DNA of 64,000 nucleotides from Candidatus Latescibacterota bacterium (GTDB lineage Bacteria; Latescibacterota; UBA2968; UBA8231): NCBI GenBank assembly GCA_965248265.1, contig CBDFJF010000002.1, positions 3,776,001 to 3,840,000 of the forward strand, read 5' to 3'. Shown piece by piece: positions 41,042 to 53,600 of this stretch (position 1 is its first letter; each line of letters starts with the position of its first letter). The notes under the pieces were generated by a model. It saw only the letters and a program-made list of their open reading frames with translations, ran no database searches and was not told where the DNA came from. The position numbers and the translations under genes were made by a program.

Positions 41042-42190
41042 ATGGCTAAGCGGGATTATTATGAGGTTCTCGGGCTGGGGCGGGACGCGTCTGATGGTGA
41101 CATAAAGAGCGCGTACCGGAAGCTGGCTCTCAAGTATCACCCCGACCGTAATCAGGGGGACGAGGGGGCCGAGGCGAAGTTCAAGGAAGCATCAGAGGCC
41201 TACGAGGTGCTCAGCGACGGCAATCGCAAGGCAGCCTATGACCAGTACGGTCATGCTGGCGTTGAGGGCAACTTTGGTTCAGGTGGCTTCCAGTGGTCTG
41301 ATTTCACGCACGCCACGGATTTCGAAGACATCTTCGGGGACATCTTCGGGTCTTTCTTCGGCGGTGGTGGGCGCCGGCGGCAGCGAGGTCCTAGTGGTCC
41401 TCCGCCCGGCCGGGATCTGAAGATAGCCATCGACCTCACCCTTGAGGAAATCGCCAAAGGGGTCGAGAAGAAGATCAACCTTTCGCGACAAGAAGAATGC
41501 GGCACCTGTGGCGGTAGTGGGGCAGCGGGCAGTTCAACTCCCGCCACCTGTCAGACCTGTCGAGGTGTCGGCCAGGTTCAACAGGTCTCACGTTCCCTTT
41601 TTGGGCAATCCGTGACGGTGACAACCTGCCCCACATGCAGCGGCCAGGGTACGACCATCTCCGATCCTTGCCGTGACTGCAGGGGGGAGGGGACCCAGCG
41701 CACGACGACGACGCTTACGGTTAAGATTCCGGCCGGAGTCAGCAATGGGAACTACATCCCGTTGCGGGGACAGGGCGATACGGGACAGCGCGGTGGGCCG
41801 GCTGGTGACTGTCTGGTGTTTATCCAGGAAAAGGAACACGAGGATTTTACGCGCGATGGCAATGACGTGCTCTACAGGCTGCCCGTGAGCATCACGCAGG
41901 CGGCACTTGGAGCCGACGTGCAGGTGCCGACGCTCCATGGGAACGTGAAGATGAAGGTCCACGAGGGAACGCAGTCGGGCAGCGTGTTCCGCTTGCGCGG
42001 TAAAGGCATTCCCGACGTCGATGGACGCGGTGTTGGTGATCAGCTGGTAGAGGTGGTCGTGTGGACGCCGACTCGTACGACCCCGGACGAACGCAAGCTG
42101 CTGCAAGACCTGGAAAGTATCCAGCGCCAACGGGCCGATTCCGAGGGTAAGAGTTTCTTCGATAAAATGTTGGAAACTTTTGGCGGCTAA
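41042..42190 (+). CDS. dnaJ: Chaperone Hsp40
   Basis: HPD motif, G/F-rich region and four CxxCxGxG repeats. Confidence 0.98.
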   Translation: MAKRDYYEVLGLGRDASDGDIKSAYRKLALKYHPDRNQGDEGAEAKFKEASEAYEVLSDGNRKAAYDQYGHAGVEGNFGSGGFQWSDFTHATDFEDIFGDIFGSFFGGGGRRRQRGPSGPPPGRDLKIAIDLTLEEIAKGVEKKINLSRQEECGTCGGSGAAGSSTPATCQTCRGVGQVQQVSRSLFGQSVTVTTCPTCSGQGTTISDPCRDCRGEGTQRTTTTLTVKIPAGVSNGNYIPLRGQGDTGQRGGPAGDCLVFIQEKEHEDFTRDGNDVLYRLPVSITQAALGADVQVPTLHGNVKMKVHEGTQSGSVFRLRGKGIPDVDGRGVGDQLVEVVVWTPTRTTPDERKLLQDLESIQRQRADSEGKSFFDKMLETFGG

Positions 42191-42206
42191 ACCCGCCAAA
42201 AGTTTC

Positions 42207-42235
42207 TTAGAGTTTGGCCTTTGGCCAAACTCTCG
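42207..42235. repeat. Palindromic element, copy 2 (downstream of dnaJ)
   Basis: TTAGAGTTTGGCCTTTGGCCAAACTCTCG, inside a longer stem AAAAGTTTC...GAGACTTTT. Confidence 0.7.
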
Positions 42236-42420
42236 GAGACTTTTCAGCTGCGAACAGGTGTCTCGGGTACGTACGGCTGAACCCGCATATCTCTGGCTGG
42301 TCGGTGTCCAGCTCTCAAACCTCCGTGTACCACCGCAAATGCCTTTGGGTGCCAGGAACTTACTCGCAGAAGCGGACGACTGGTTTTTTATCGACACGGA
42401 AAACAGATGAAGGCGACGAC

Positions 42421-43245
42421 TTGAATTCCAACCATCCTCCCAATCAGCAACCTCCACCGACGCCAGTTACCATACCGGGAGTGCGGGATGTTGTGGCTGT
42501 GGCCAGTGCCAAGGGTGGGGTGGGCAAGTCTACGGTTAGTGCCAACCTCGCGTTGGCATTGGCTCGAACGGGGGTCCGGGTGGGGTTGATGGATGCCGAC
42601 ATTTACGGGCCGAGCCTGCCCCTGATGATGGGCGCCACCGGGGAACCCGAGCTGACGCCTGAGGGGCGGCTGCTGCCCATCATCAAGCATGATGTTCCAA
42701 TCATGTCGATGGGTTTTCTCACCGATCAGGACACGCCTGTCGTTTGGCGGGGACCGCTGTTAGCGCAGGCGGTGCAGCAGTTTTTGAGACAGGTGGATTG
42801 GGGCGAGCTGGATTATCTGATTATCGATCTTCCGCCAGGCACCGGAGATATCCCGCTGACACTGAGCCAGGCCATTGCCCTGTCAGGGGCGCTGGTCGTG
42901 ACCACCCCTCAATCGGTTGCGTTGGAAGACGTGGAGCGGGGAATATCCATGTTCGAAAAAGTCGACGTGGATGTGGTGGGAATAGTAGAAAACATGAGCT
43001 ACTACGTGTGTCCACACTGCGACAAACGGCACCAGATTTTCGGCAGCGGTGGGGCTCGGGCCACCGCCGAGAGACTTGGCATCGATCTGCTCGGTGAGAT
43101 TCCGCTGGATGCGGGAATTCGCAAAGGAGGGGACGAGGGGCATCCAGTTGCTCTTGACGTGGAGTCCGATGGTGGGCAGTTGTTCGAGAGCATCGCTTCA
43201 CGGCTGCAGCAGTCGGTCACCGAAGCCACTTCCGCGTACCAGTAA
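42421..43245 (+). CDS. mrp: Mrp/ApbC/NBP35 Fe-S cluster carrier ATPase
   Basis: ASAKGGVGKS, DADIYGPS, WRGP, DLPPGTGD and ENMSYYVCPHC motifs. Start estimated at TTG 42421. Confidence 0.93.
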   Translation: MNSNHPPNQQPPPTPVTIPGVRDVVAVASAKGGVGKSTVSANLALALARTGVRVGLMDADIYGPSLPLMMGATGEPELTPEGRLLPIIKHDVPIMSMGFLTDQDTPVVWRGPLLAQAVQQFLRQVDWGELDYLIIDLPPGTGDIPLTLSQAIALSGALVVTTPQSVALEDVERGISMFEKVDVDVVGIVENMSYYVCPHCDKRHQIFGSGGARATAERLGIDLLGEIPLDAGIRKGGDEGHPVALDVESDGGQLFESIASRLQQSVTEATSAYQ

Positions 43246-43673
43246 TGGCGTTCGTTCGTTGGGCTAGACGCAATTCTTTATGGGTCTATCCGTTTGGGAC
43301 ATCCTGCTGTGCCGACGCTCTGCGAACCGCCTTGGGGCCTGGGGGGGCATCGCAGGCCTTCCTGCCTGTCGACACGCCCGAGCATGGGGATGTTCTCATC
43401 GTGGCGGGGCGAGTACCGACTCAGTCCGTGCCGGTTCTCGTCGACATCTACGATCGAATGCCTGAGCCAAAGTGGGTCATCGCCTTCGGCTCATGTGCGG
43501 TCTCGGGCGGCCTGTTCGGCACCTATGCCGTGGTCGGTGGATTGTGCCGTGTCCTCCCCGTTGATCTATGCGTACCCGGCTGTCCTCCCGAGCCGGATGA
43601 TCTCTATCGCAGTCTCGCCCGGTTGCAGTCAGACAACTCAATCCTGGACAGGGATTCGCCGCCGGTCCACTGA
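43245..43673 (+). CDS. Stand-alone NuoB-like Fe-S protein
   Basis: WARRNSLW..FGTSCC, DVLIVAG, MPEPKWVIAFGSCA and VPGCPPEP motifs. Confidence 0.85.
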   Translation: MAFVRWARRNSLWVYPFGTSCCADALRTALGPGGASQAFLPVDTPEHGDVLIVAGRVPTQSVPVLVDIYDRMPEPKWVIAFGSCAVSGGLFGTYAVVGGLCRVLPVDLCVPGCPPEPDDLYRSLARLQSDNSILDRDSPPVH

Positions 43674-43819
43674 GATGCCACCTTGCAGGCGCGGCAGTGA
43701 CGTTGCTATCTTTGGATTTGGCAGGCCTGATCGCAGTTTCCTCGATCCTGCCTGATTCTCCCCAATCTCCTCGCGCCTCCTGATTTCTCCGAGAAACAAC
43801 CTGGGGTAGTAGTGCGAGC

Positions 43820-44713
43820 GTGAGTGAATTGACCAACGGACCGCGCTCCTGGCACCGTCTCAAGGTTTCCGTTCCCGCCACCCTCGGTGAAGATTTCGGC
43901 GCTCAGTGTTTCGAGCTGGGTAGCTGTGGTGTTCAGTACGAGGAGCAGGCGGGAGACTGGCTGTTCACCGTCTACTTCGATTCCGACAAGCCGATCGACA
44001 GCATACGGTCTCAGCTGGCGCTCATGGTGGCGAGTGATGCTGCGTGTTCGCCCACTCGATTTGAGACGGACACGGAGGAGGAACGTGATTGGAGCACAAA
44101 GTGGCGTGATTTTCTCACGCCGGTGCAGGTCAGCGATCGCATCCGCATCACTCAACCCTGGAACACACAGCCGCTGCAAGAGGGAGGGGTTGAGGTTGTA
44201 ATCGAGCCGAAGATGGCTTTTGGCTCAGGCGGACATGAGTCCACGCGGTTGTGTCTGGTGGCGCTCGAGCAGGCCGGTCCGGCTGGGGCGTCCTGTCTGG
44301 ACGTGGGAACGGGTAGCGGGGTGCTGGCGATCACGGCCGCCTTCCTCGGCGCAGGTGACGTCACCGCGATCGACTGTGACCCGGTCGCCGTCGACAACGC
44401 ACGAGAGAACGTAGCTCTGAACCTGGGTGCTCCTGGCAAGCTGCACGAACGTGTGGATGTGCTCGAGGGCAGCGTCGGAGTGGTGGAGGGGCGCCAGTAC
44501 GATCTGATCATGGCCAATATCGAGAGCCAGCATCTGTACCCATTGCTCGAGCCGCTCGAGAAGCTACTGGCAGCTGACGGTGTAGCCCTGTTCTCGGGAC
44601 TGATGATTCGTGAGGGAGAGGACTTTCGACAGCGGCTGAAAACGCTGGGTTTGCGGCCCGTCGATGAACGTCGATTGAACGATTGGATGAGCTTGACCAC
44701 GGTGCGGGTGTGA
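43820..44713 (+). CDS. prmA: Ribosomal protein L11 methyltransferase
   Basis: IEPKMAFGSGGHESTRLCL, LDVGTGSGVLAI and ANI motifs. Confidence 0.94.
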   Translation: MSELTNGPRSWHRLKVSVPATLGEDFGAQCFELGSCGVQYEEQAGDWLFTVYFDSDKPIDSIRSQLALMVASDAACSPTRFETDTEEERDWSTKWRDFLTPVQVSDRIRITQPWNTQPLQEGGVEVVIEPKMAFGSGGHESTRLCLVALEQAGPAGASCLDVGTGSGVLAITAAFLGAGDVTAIDCDPVAVDNARENVALNLGAPGKLHERVDVLEGSVGVVEGRQYDLIMANIESQHLYPLLEPLEKLLAADGVALFSGLMIREGEDFRQRLKTLGLRPVDERRLNDWMSLTTVRV

Positions 44714-44723
44714 CAGGACTCCA

Positions 44724-47211
<2,488 letters not shown>

Positions 47212-47278
47212 GCTCGATCGGTGTTGGAAGTTCGATCAATGCTGATCCATCCGGCCGATGCCGTCGACCGGAATTTGT

Positions 47279-47301
47279 GGCTGGTGCCCCAGCCTTTTTT
47301 T
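47279..47301 (+). terminator. Intrinsic terminator hairpin
   Basis: GGCTGG-TGCC-CCAGCC-TTTTTTT. Confidence 0.65.
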
Positions 47302-47317
47302 CCATGTTAATCATGTT

Positions 47318-48490
47318 CTATTGCAGCAGACTCAGGGCGGCCTGTGGTGAGGCATTGGCCTGAGTCAACATGGCCGTCGCCGCCTGGGTGAGCACCTGAA
47401 TCTTGGTGAAGTTGGTGACCTCTTCGGCGATATCCGCGTCGCGCAGTGTAGCCTCAGAATTGGTGTTGTTTTCTATCGAGTTGCCGGTGAAGTTGATCGT
47501 ATGCTGTAGTCGATTCATGGAAGCACCCAAGTCTCCCCGGACCTTGGCCACCTTCTCGATTGCGGCATCCATCTGAGTGATGGCCTGTCGAGCGCTCAAC
47601 AATGTCGACATCGACATGGCGTTGAGATTCAAGAAGGCACCACTGGCACGCATGTCCTCGATGCCGACTTCGAGACGATCCTCGGTGGTGTTGTCGGCTC
47701 CGACCTGAAAGGAACCCCCTGTTCCCCCCGAGACAATGATGGTCTTCGTATTGAGATCACCGTCAACGTAAACCCCCGAGGTCTTGCTGGTCGCTGCTGC
47801 ACCTGCCAGCGTCACCACGACACCGAGCCGATCGAAATTCGCCACCGCGGTGGAGCCCGTGGCCACGCTCGACCCATCCAGGCTGGTTGCCAGGCTGATG
47901 GTCTGACTGACAGTGCCGTTTCCGAGCGTTATCTGACCGTCTCCGGCGGCATCCTGGAACGTATAAGTTCCTGTTGGAGTACCAGATACAACAACTCTAG
48001 AGACCCCGGTATCGGCCGTGTCCAAGACGGCTGTGGAAAGGGTCTCATCGGCCCTGTTACCGAAGGCCGTGAGCAGGGTTTGATTATTGTAAACACTCGA
48101 GTTGGCGATACGGTCAATTTCCTGTTTGAGCTGAGTTATTTCTGCTTCGATGGCCTCACGATTTTCGTCGTTCATGGTGCTGCTCGCTGACTGTACTGCC
48201 AGCTCTCTCATCCGTATCATCATGGCACTGACTTCGTTCAGCGAGCCTTCAGCCACCTGGAGCAGGTTCATCCCCATCTCTGCGTTTCGGGAACCGGCTT
48301 GCATGCCGGTGATTTGTGCCCGAAAGCCCTCGGATATCGACAGTCCACTGGCATCATCCTCGGCACTGTTGATCCGCATTCCCGACGACAGCCGTTCCAG
48401 CCTCGTCGACTGATCGGAGCTGTTGGCGCTCAGGTGATGGCGAACGTTTATCGCCGAAATGTTGTTGTTGACGTTTATTGCGTGGGGCAT
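47318..48490 (-). CDS. fliC: Flagellin (390 aa)
   Basis: ERLSSGMRINSAEDDASGL; NRLQHTI...LRDADIAEE...QANASPQAALSLLQ. Confidence 0.95.
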   Translation of the reverse strand: MPHAINVNNNISAINVRHHLSANSSDQSTRLERLSSGMRINSAEDDASGLSISEGFRAQITGMQAGSRNAEMGMNLLQVAEGSLNEVSAMMIRMRELAVQSASSTMNDENREAIEAEITQLKQEIDRIANSSVYNNQTLLTAFGNRADETLSTAVLDTADTGVSRVVVSGTPTGTYTFQDAAGDGQITLGNGTVSQTISLATSLDGSSVATGSTAVANFDRLGVVVTLAGAAATSKTSGVYVDGDLNTKTIIVSGGTGGSFQVGADNTTEDRLEVGIEDMRASGAFLNLNAMSMSTLLSARQAITQMDAAIEKVAKVRGDLGASMNRLQHTINFTGNSIENNTNSEATLRDADIAEEVTNFTKIQVLTQAATAMLTQANASPQAALSLLQ

Positions 48491-48635
48491 GCCAAAACCT
48501 CCTTGTTATGGCTTTTCCAGCGACCCCCATCATGGTGGCCGATTCTGTCCGTTCGCCCAACCCCGTGGGAGGAGGGGTCTGGGCTCAATTCTCCTTAGGT
48601 AATTCCACTTACCATTACTTGGTATTACTTTGTGT

Positions 48636-48662
48636 TTATCGACCCGAAGGTCATTCCCTTTA
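48636..48662 (-). promoter_or_regulatory. Sigma28 promoter
   Basis: TAAA-N15-GTCGATAA. Confidence 0.75.
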
Positions 48663-48715
48663 GCTTTTTTGCTATGTAGGGAGCCTTTCATTTGAATTGT
48701 GGAGGATGTAACCCC

Positions 48716-48755
48716 GAAAAAGCGACAGGGCCGGTCGGTCACGCCGACGGCCCTG
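48716..48755 (-). terminator. Terminator-like hairpin between the tandem flagellins
   Basis: CAGGGCCG-TCGG...CCGAC-CGGCCCTG stem followed by TCGCTTTTT. Confidence 0.55.
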
Positions 48756-48810
48756 AGCCTTTCCATTCAGATGATTTCGCCCAAGTTCGGCGAGTTTGTT
48801 TCTCCTATTA

Positions 48811-50256
48811 CTACTGTAGAAGCTGCAAGGCCGCCTGCGGCAATGAGTTAGCCTGGGCAACCATCGCCGTTGCCGCCTGTGTCAGGATCTGACCTCGAGT
48901 AAATTGGGACATTTCCTCGGCCACATCGGCGTCGCGAATGGCTGATTCAGCTGCCTGCAGGTTCTCGATGGCGTTTTCCAGGTTCTTGGTCGTGAAATCG
49001 AGACGATTCTGGACCGCACCCAGGTCACCACGCTGACGGGCAACAGCCAGAATGGCGTTGTCGACGCGGGTGATCGTGGCCTTTGAGCTGTTGAGGTTGG
49101 CGACCGACAGACCGGTCAGATTGAGCGTCGTGCCGCTGGCCCGCATGTCGCCGATGTTGAGGGAGATGCGGTTGTTGGCGTTGTCGTTCGGACCGACCTG
49201 CAGCACACCACCTTCGGCCTCTTCGACGCGGATAATCTTGCCGTTCAGGCGGCCGTCTTCATAGGCGTTAGCAGGTATTGTGCCGAGTATCTTACTGGGA
49301 TCACCGAAGGCAATCCCGTTGGTCTCTACGAGGATCTCACCCAGCGTAGCGTCGAAAGTCGCCGAGGCGGTGGGGTCCAGGGTCTTGATGGCAGTGTCGA
49401 TGGCTGCTGCCGCCGTAGCCAGATCCTGGCCGGCTGCAATCGCCACAGAGATGGAAGCGTCACCCGACCCGAGAATGATATTGCCCGCATTGGCGGCTGC
49501 AGGCAGCGTCGATTTCAGGGTCGTGCCCTTATCGACTCCCGCTCCAACCATGATAACCTGGACTCCCAGGCGGTCGAAGTTGGCAGTGAAGGTCGTTCCC
49601 GACGCCACCAGGTTTTTGCCATTGTCGGTATCGAGTGCGGAACCGACATCGATGGACTGCTCGAGACGGGTGCCGTCAGGCAGATCGATGGCCAGAGTAA
49701 TCTGATTATCCGTCGCGCTGGTATCGGCAAACACGTAGGTACCTGGCACTGCGCCGGAGATACCAATCTCAGAGACCCCGGCGAACCCATCCAGGGCCGT
49801 CGACACCTTGCCGCTCTGACTGACAGCGTTTCCGAAACCAGTCAGGAGCGTCGTCTTATTAAATGTAGTGGAGAGAGCGATACGGTCGATTTCCGATGTC
49901 AGCTGATTGAACTCGGAAGCGAGGCTACCGCGGTTCTGGTCATTGATGGTGGAGTTCGCCGAAGTCACGGCGAGTTCGCGCATACGGATCAGCATGTTAC
50001 TGACCTCGTTGAGCGACCCCTCAGCCAACTGCACCAGGCTGATTCCCTGGCCGGCATTGCGAACTCCCTGTCGCATACCGAGCAACTCGGCTCTCATTCC
50101 CTCTGAAACAGAGAGACCGGCAGCATCGTCAGCACCGCGGTTGATACGCAACCCTGAAGAAAGACGCTCGACTCGTTTGGTGAAGTCGTTCGTATTCTTG
50201 TTCAGGTTACGGCCCGCGTTGATGGCCGTAATGTTGGTTCCTAATCTCAGTGGCAT
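48811..50256 (-). CDS. fliC: Flagellin (481 aa, most canonical termini, largest variable region)
   Basis: ERLSSGLRINRGADDAAGL; LGAVQNRL...ENLQAAESAIRDADVAEEM. Confidence 0.96.
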   Translation of the reverse strand: MPLRLGTNITAINAGRNLNKNTNDFTKRVERLSSGLRINRGADDAAGLSVSEGMRAELLGMRQGVRNAGQGISLVQLAEGSLNEVSNMLIRMRELAVTSANSTINDQNRGSLASEFNQLTSEIDRIALSTTFNKTTLLTGFGNAVSQSGKVSTALDGFAGVSEIGISGAVPGTYVFADTSATDNQITLAIDLPDGTRLEQSIDVGSALDTDNGKNLVASGTTFTANFDRLGVQVIMVGAGVDKGTTLKSTLPAAANAGNIILGSGDASISVAIAAGQDLATAAAAIDTAIKTLDPTASATFDATLGEILVETNGIAFGDPSKILGTIPANAYEDGRLNGKIIRVEEAEGGVLQVGPNDNANNRISLNIGDMRASGTTLNLTGLSVANLNSSKATITRVDNAILAVARQRGDLGAVQNRLDFTTKNLENAIENLQAAESAIRDADVAEEMSQFTRGQILTQAATAMVAQANSLPQAALQLLQ

Positions 50257-50428
50257 TTGGTAACCTCCTTGATTGGCCTAATGGCCGGGCCTTCCTTGGA
50301 AATTCGGTAGGGCCCCTGGCAGGTCGCGCCTCGTCATCGAAGGGGAGCCCGCGTGACTGTCACGCGGGCGGATTTGAGCGACCTGTCAAACTCCGAAATC
50401 GGCCTTCCTTTGATCTACACGCCTGTTT

Positions 50429-50444
50429 AGCAAGGAGTATGCCA
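50429..50444 (-). promoter_or_regulatory. Sigma54 (-24/-12) promoter
   Basis: TGGCAT-ACTCC-TTGCT about 170 nt upstream of the flagellin start. Confidence 0.7.
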
Positions 50445-50682
50445 AAGCACTATGCCAAGTAGTATTCAGTCTCGTAACTCACTCTATGGCAATCAGTTAT
50501 GGGTTCATTGAGGTGGCGTAATTGGAACAGAACTGAACGGAAATCCCTACGTGGGGGCTTGCCCGAGGAACAATTTTGAGCTTGGACTGGAAGAAATTAC
50601 CGACGTGGCAAAAGCGCCTGCAGCAGCAGACGATAGGCGTATTCGGCTCAGAGGTGGGAGTGGGTAGGTCAGCAGGGGGTAG

Positions 50683-53600
50683 TTACTGCAACGACGGCCC
50701 TACGCTGCGGTCGTAGCAGATCTTTGCGGCCTCATCCACCCCAAGGCGGGCGTAGCAGTCTCCGAGACGTTTGAAGGTCTCGCCGTCTCTTGGGTCCGCC
50801 AGCAGCATGGCCTCATATTGGCGTACTGCATCCCAGTACAGGCTGCGGGCATAGTAAACCTCTCCAAGGCAGCGACGGGCCTTTATGCCGGTTGCCACCG
50901 GGATGTCACCCGAACCGGCCTTCTCCACCATGTTCACGGCTACGATCAAGGCCATCTCCGCACACTTGAGCTGCCCTTCTCTGACGAGAACGGCACCAAA
51001 CTCAATGAAGCTCTCGGCTGTTGCGTGGGATGATCGCAGATCGACCGATAGCGCCCCAAAAGAGGCCATCGTCCGCTGAGCCAGTTCGAGATCTACACCG
51101 CTGATGGCAGACTGGGAGAGCATCAACCCCAGGTTGATATCGAGCAGCCCGGGGTCGAGCTTTCTGACTTTCTCGAAGAACTCAATCGCCTGCTCGAAGC
51201 GCTCGAGATCGAGATACAGGTGAGCCAGGTTGGCGCGCGCTTCTATGCCCCCAGGATCCAGCTCGATCAACTCCTGGTAGAGTCTTTCGGCGTCCTCATA
51301 GCGCTCTTCCTGCTTGGCTATATAACCGAGGTTGAGGATGGCCGGGGCATAGTTGGGTTTGATCTCCAGCACACGGTGAAAATGGGCAGCGGCATCCGTG
51401 AGCTCGGCCGCTTCGAGGTGCAGCATACCGATATTGAACACATGCTTGGCGCTGTTGGCGTCGATCTCGACCGCGCTCTGCAACACCTGCAGTGCCCTAT
51501 CCCTGTTCCCCGCCGCTTTGTGCACCTCTGACAGTGAACCCAAGGCCTCGGCTCGACGGTTGATCGGCATGTCAGCGGCGCGGATGAAGACCGCCTCCGC
51601 CTTGGGAAAATCGCCCAAGGCTTGATATCCGCGCCCTGCCAGGCAAAGAGCCGAGTACTCCAATTCATTCTGGTCGATGGGAAAGAAGGTCAGCTGTGGC
51701 TCCCGCTGCAGGATCCATTCCGCGTACTCCACCGCACGCCGAGGTTCGCCCAGCTCGGTATAGACCTCGGCCAGGGACAACTTCGTCAGCACGTACTCGT
51801 CATCCACGTCTTCGGCACGATGGATGTAGTCGCGAGCCTTTTCCAGCTCATTCATCCTGAGGTAGCTGCGACCTAGAAACAAAAGCGCCGTGGTATAGAC
51901 GACGAGATTGTGATCAGCCTCACAGGTGCTCTCTTCGATGATGAGGCGATACTGTTCAGCCCCTTCCGCGAGTTTCCCCGTCGTGTGGTAGGTCAAAGCG
52001 ACATGCGAGCGCGTCAGGTAATCCTCCGGGTGGACTTCGAGCCAACGCTCCATGATCCCCAGGTAACGATCCTTCTTCTCCTTCACCACCTCTGGCGTAG
52101 TGTACCCGGTGTGGACGACCTTGATATCAGTGGGCACGGTGGAGACGCCCAATCTGGCCAGCGATGGAGTAACCTGTTCATGGATGGGCATCTCGAAGCT
52201 GACGCCATTGAGGTTTGGGAATAGCCTCATCTGCATGCAGGATACACTCTCGTAGCCACGGTCATCGAGGACAAAGAAATAGCCCTTGTCGCTTCCTTGA
52301 CTCAATAGGTGACGAATCTGTTCATGGTGCTCCTGTGGCATCAGGTCGTCAGCGTCTAACCACATTATCCAGTCGCCGGTGGCCAGGCGCAGAGACTCGT
52401 TACGAGCCAGTGAAAAATTGTCGCACCATTCGAAAGTGCCGATGGTGGCACCGTAGCGCTTTGCCACCTCCACGGTCCCGTCCGATGAGCCGGTATCGAC
52501 GACGATGATCTCATCACACAGGCCGCGGACACTGTCCAGGCATTGGGGGAGACGCTCCTCTTCGTTTCGCACGATCATGCACAGAGACAGACGGGACGCT
52601 TCTCCATCGAGGAGCGCGGCAGCGGCAGACGCCTCGGTGCGATCGGGCCGGAGCGCGGCAGCAGTCTGGTAGGCTCGAACCGCATCGGCCTTGCGTCCAG
52701 ACGCTTCGTGACATTGCCCGATGAAGAACTGGGCTGAATACCGAATCGATGAGACATCCTGAGGGAAATGCGGGTCCGCCTGTCCAGCAAGAGCCTTTTG
52801 CAGGTGTGGCAGCGCCCGCTGATATTGGGCACTCTTGGTTAGCGCGTCTCCCAGGGAGAGACGAGCGAGCACGCTTTCCCCGTCGAGCTCGACGGCCGAC
52901 TCGAGAGCGGGAATGGCCTCGGAATACTTACCCTCCTCCAGAAGACATCTGCCCACGAAGGTGGCTGCCTGAACAAAAACCGAATGCGGTTGAACCGCTT
53001 CTTCGCCCGCCCGTAGAATCAACTCAAACTGAGCCCTCGCCTGATCAAATCGCCTTTCCGCATAGTGGGTGTGGCCAATACGAAATCGGAAATCGTAGTC
53101 ATCCGGGTGCGAGCCCAACCAGGCCGACATCAAGCCGTGGTAGTACTCGTGCTTGCGCCTGGTGCTTGCCGGATCAGAGTACCCCGTGTGCTTGACTTCC
53201 ACATCGGTGACCGCGGTTGCCAAACCCAATCGGTTGATAGCGGGCAGCACCGTTTCGTGGACAGGACGCTCGAAGCGAATCTCAGGATTGTTCGGGAACA
53301 TCTTGATCTGCCTGAAGCTTGTGCGATCTGCCCCCTCATTAACGAGAGAGAAGTAAAGTGCTCGATCCGGCTTCAGGCGCCTCACTCGCGCCACCTTGTC
53401 GCGGTCAGCCGGCAGTAGATAGTCGTCCGCATCCATCCACAGGATCCATTCACCCGTGGCCATGGCCAGAGATTCGTTGCGGACGGCAGCGAAATCATCA
53501 TCCCAGGCAACTTCGGCTACACGGGCACCGTGGCGTCTAGCTGTGGCGATGGTACTGTCCGTCGAGCCGGTATCGACGACGACGATTTCATCAACGGCGG

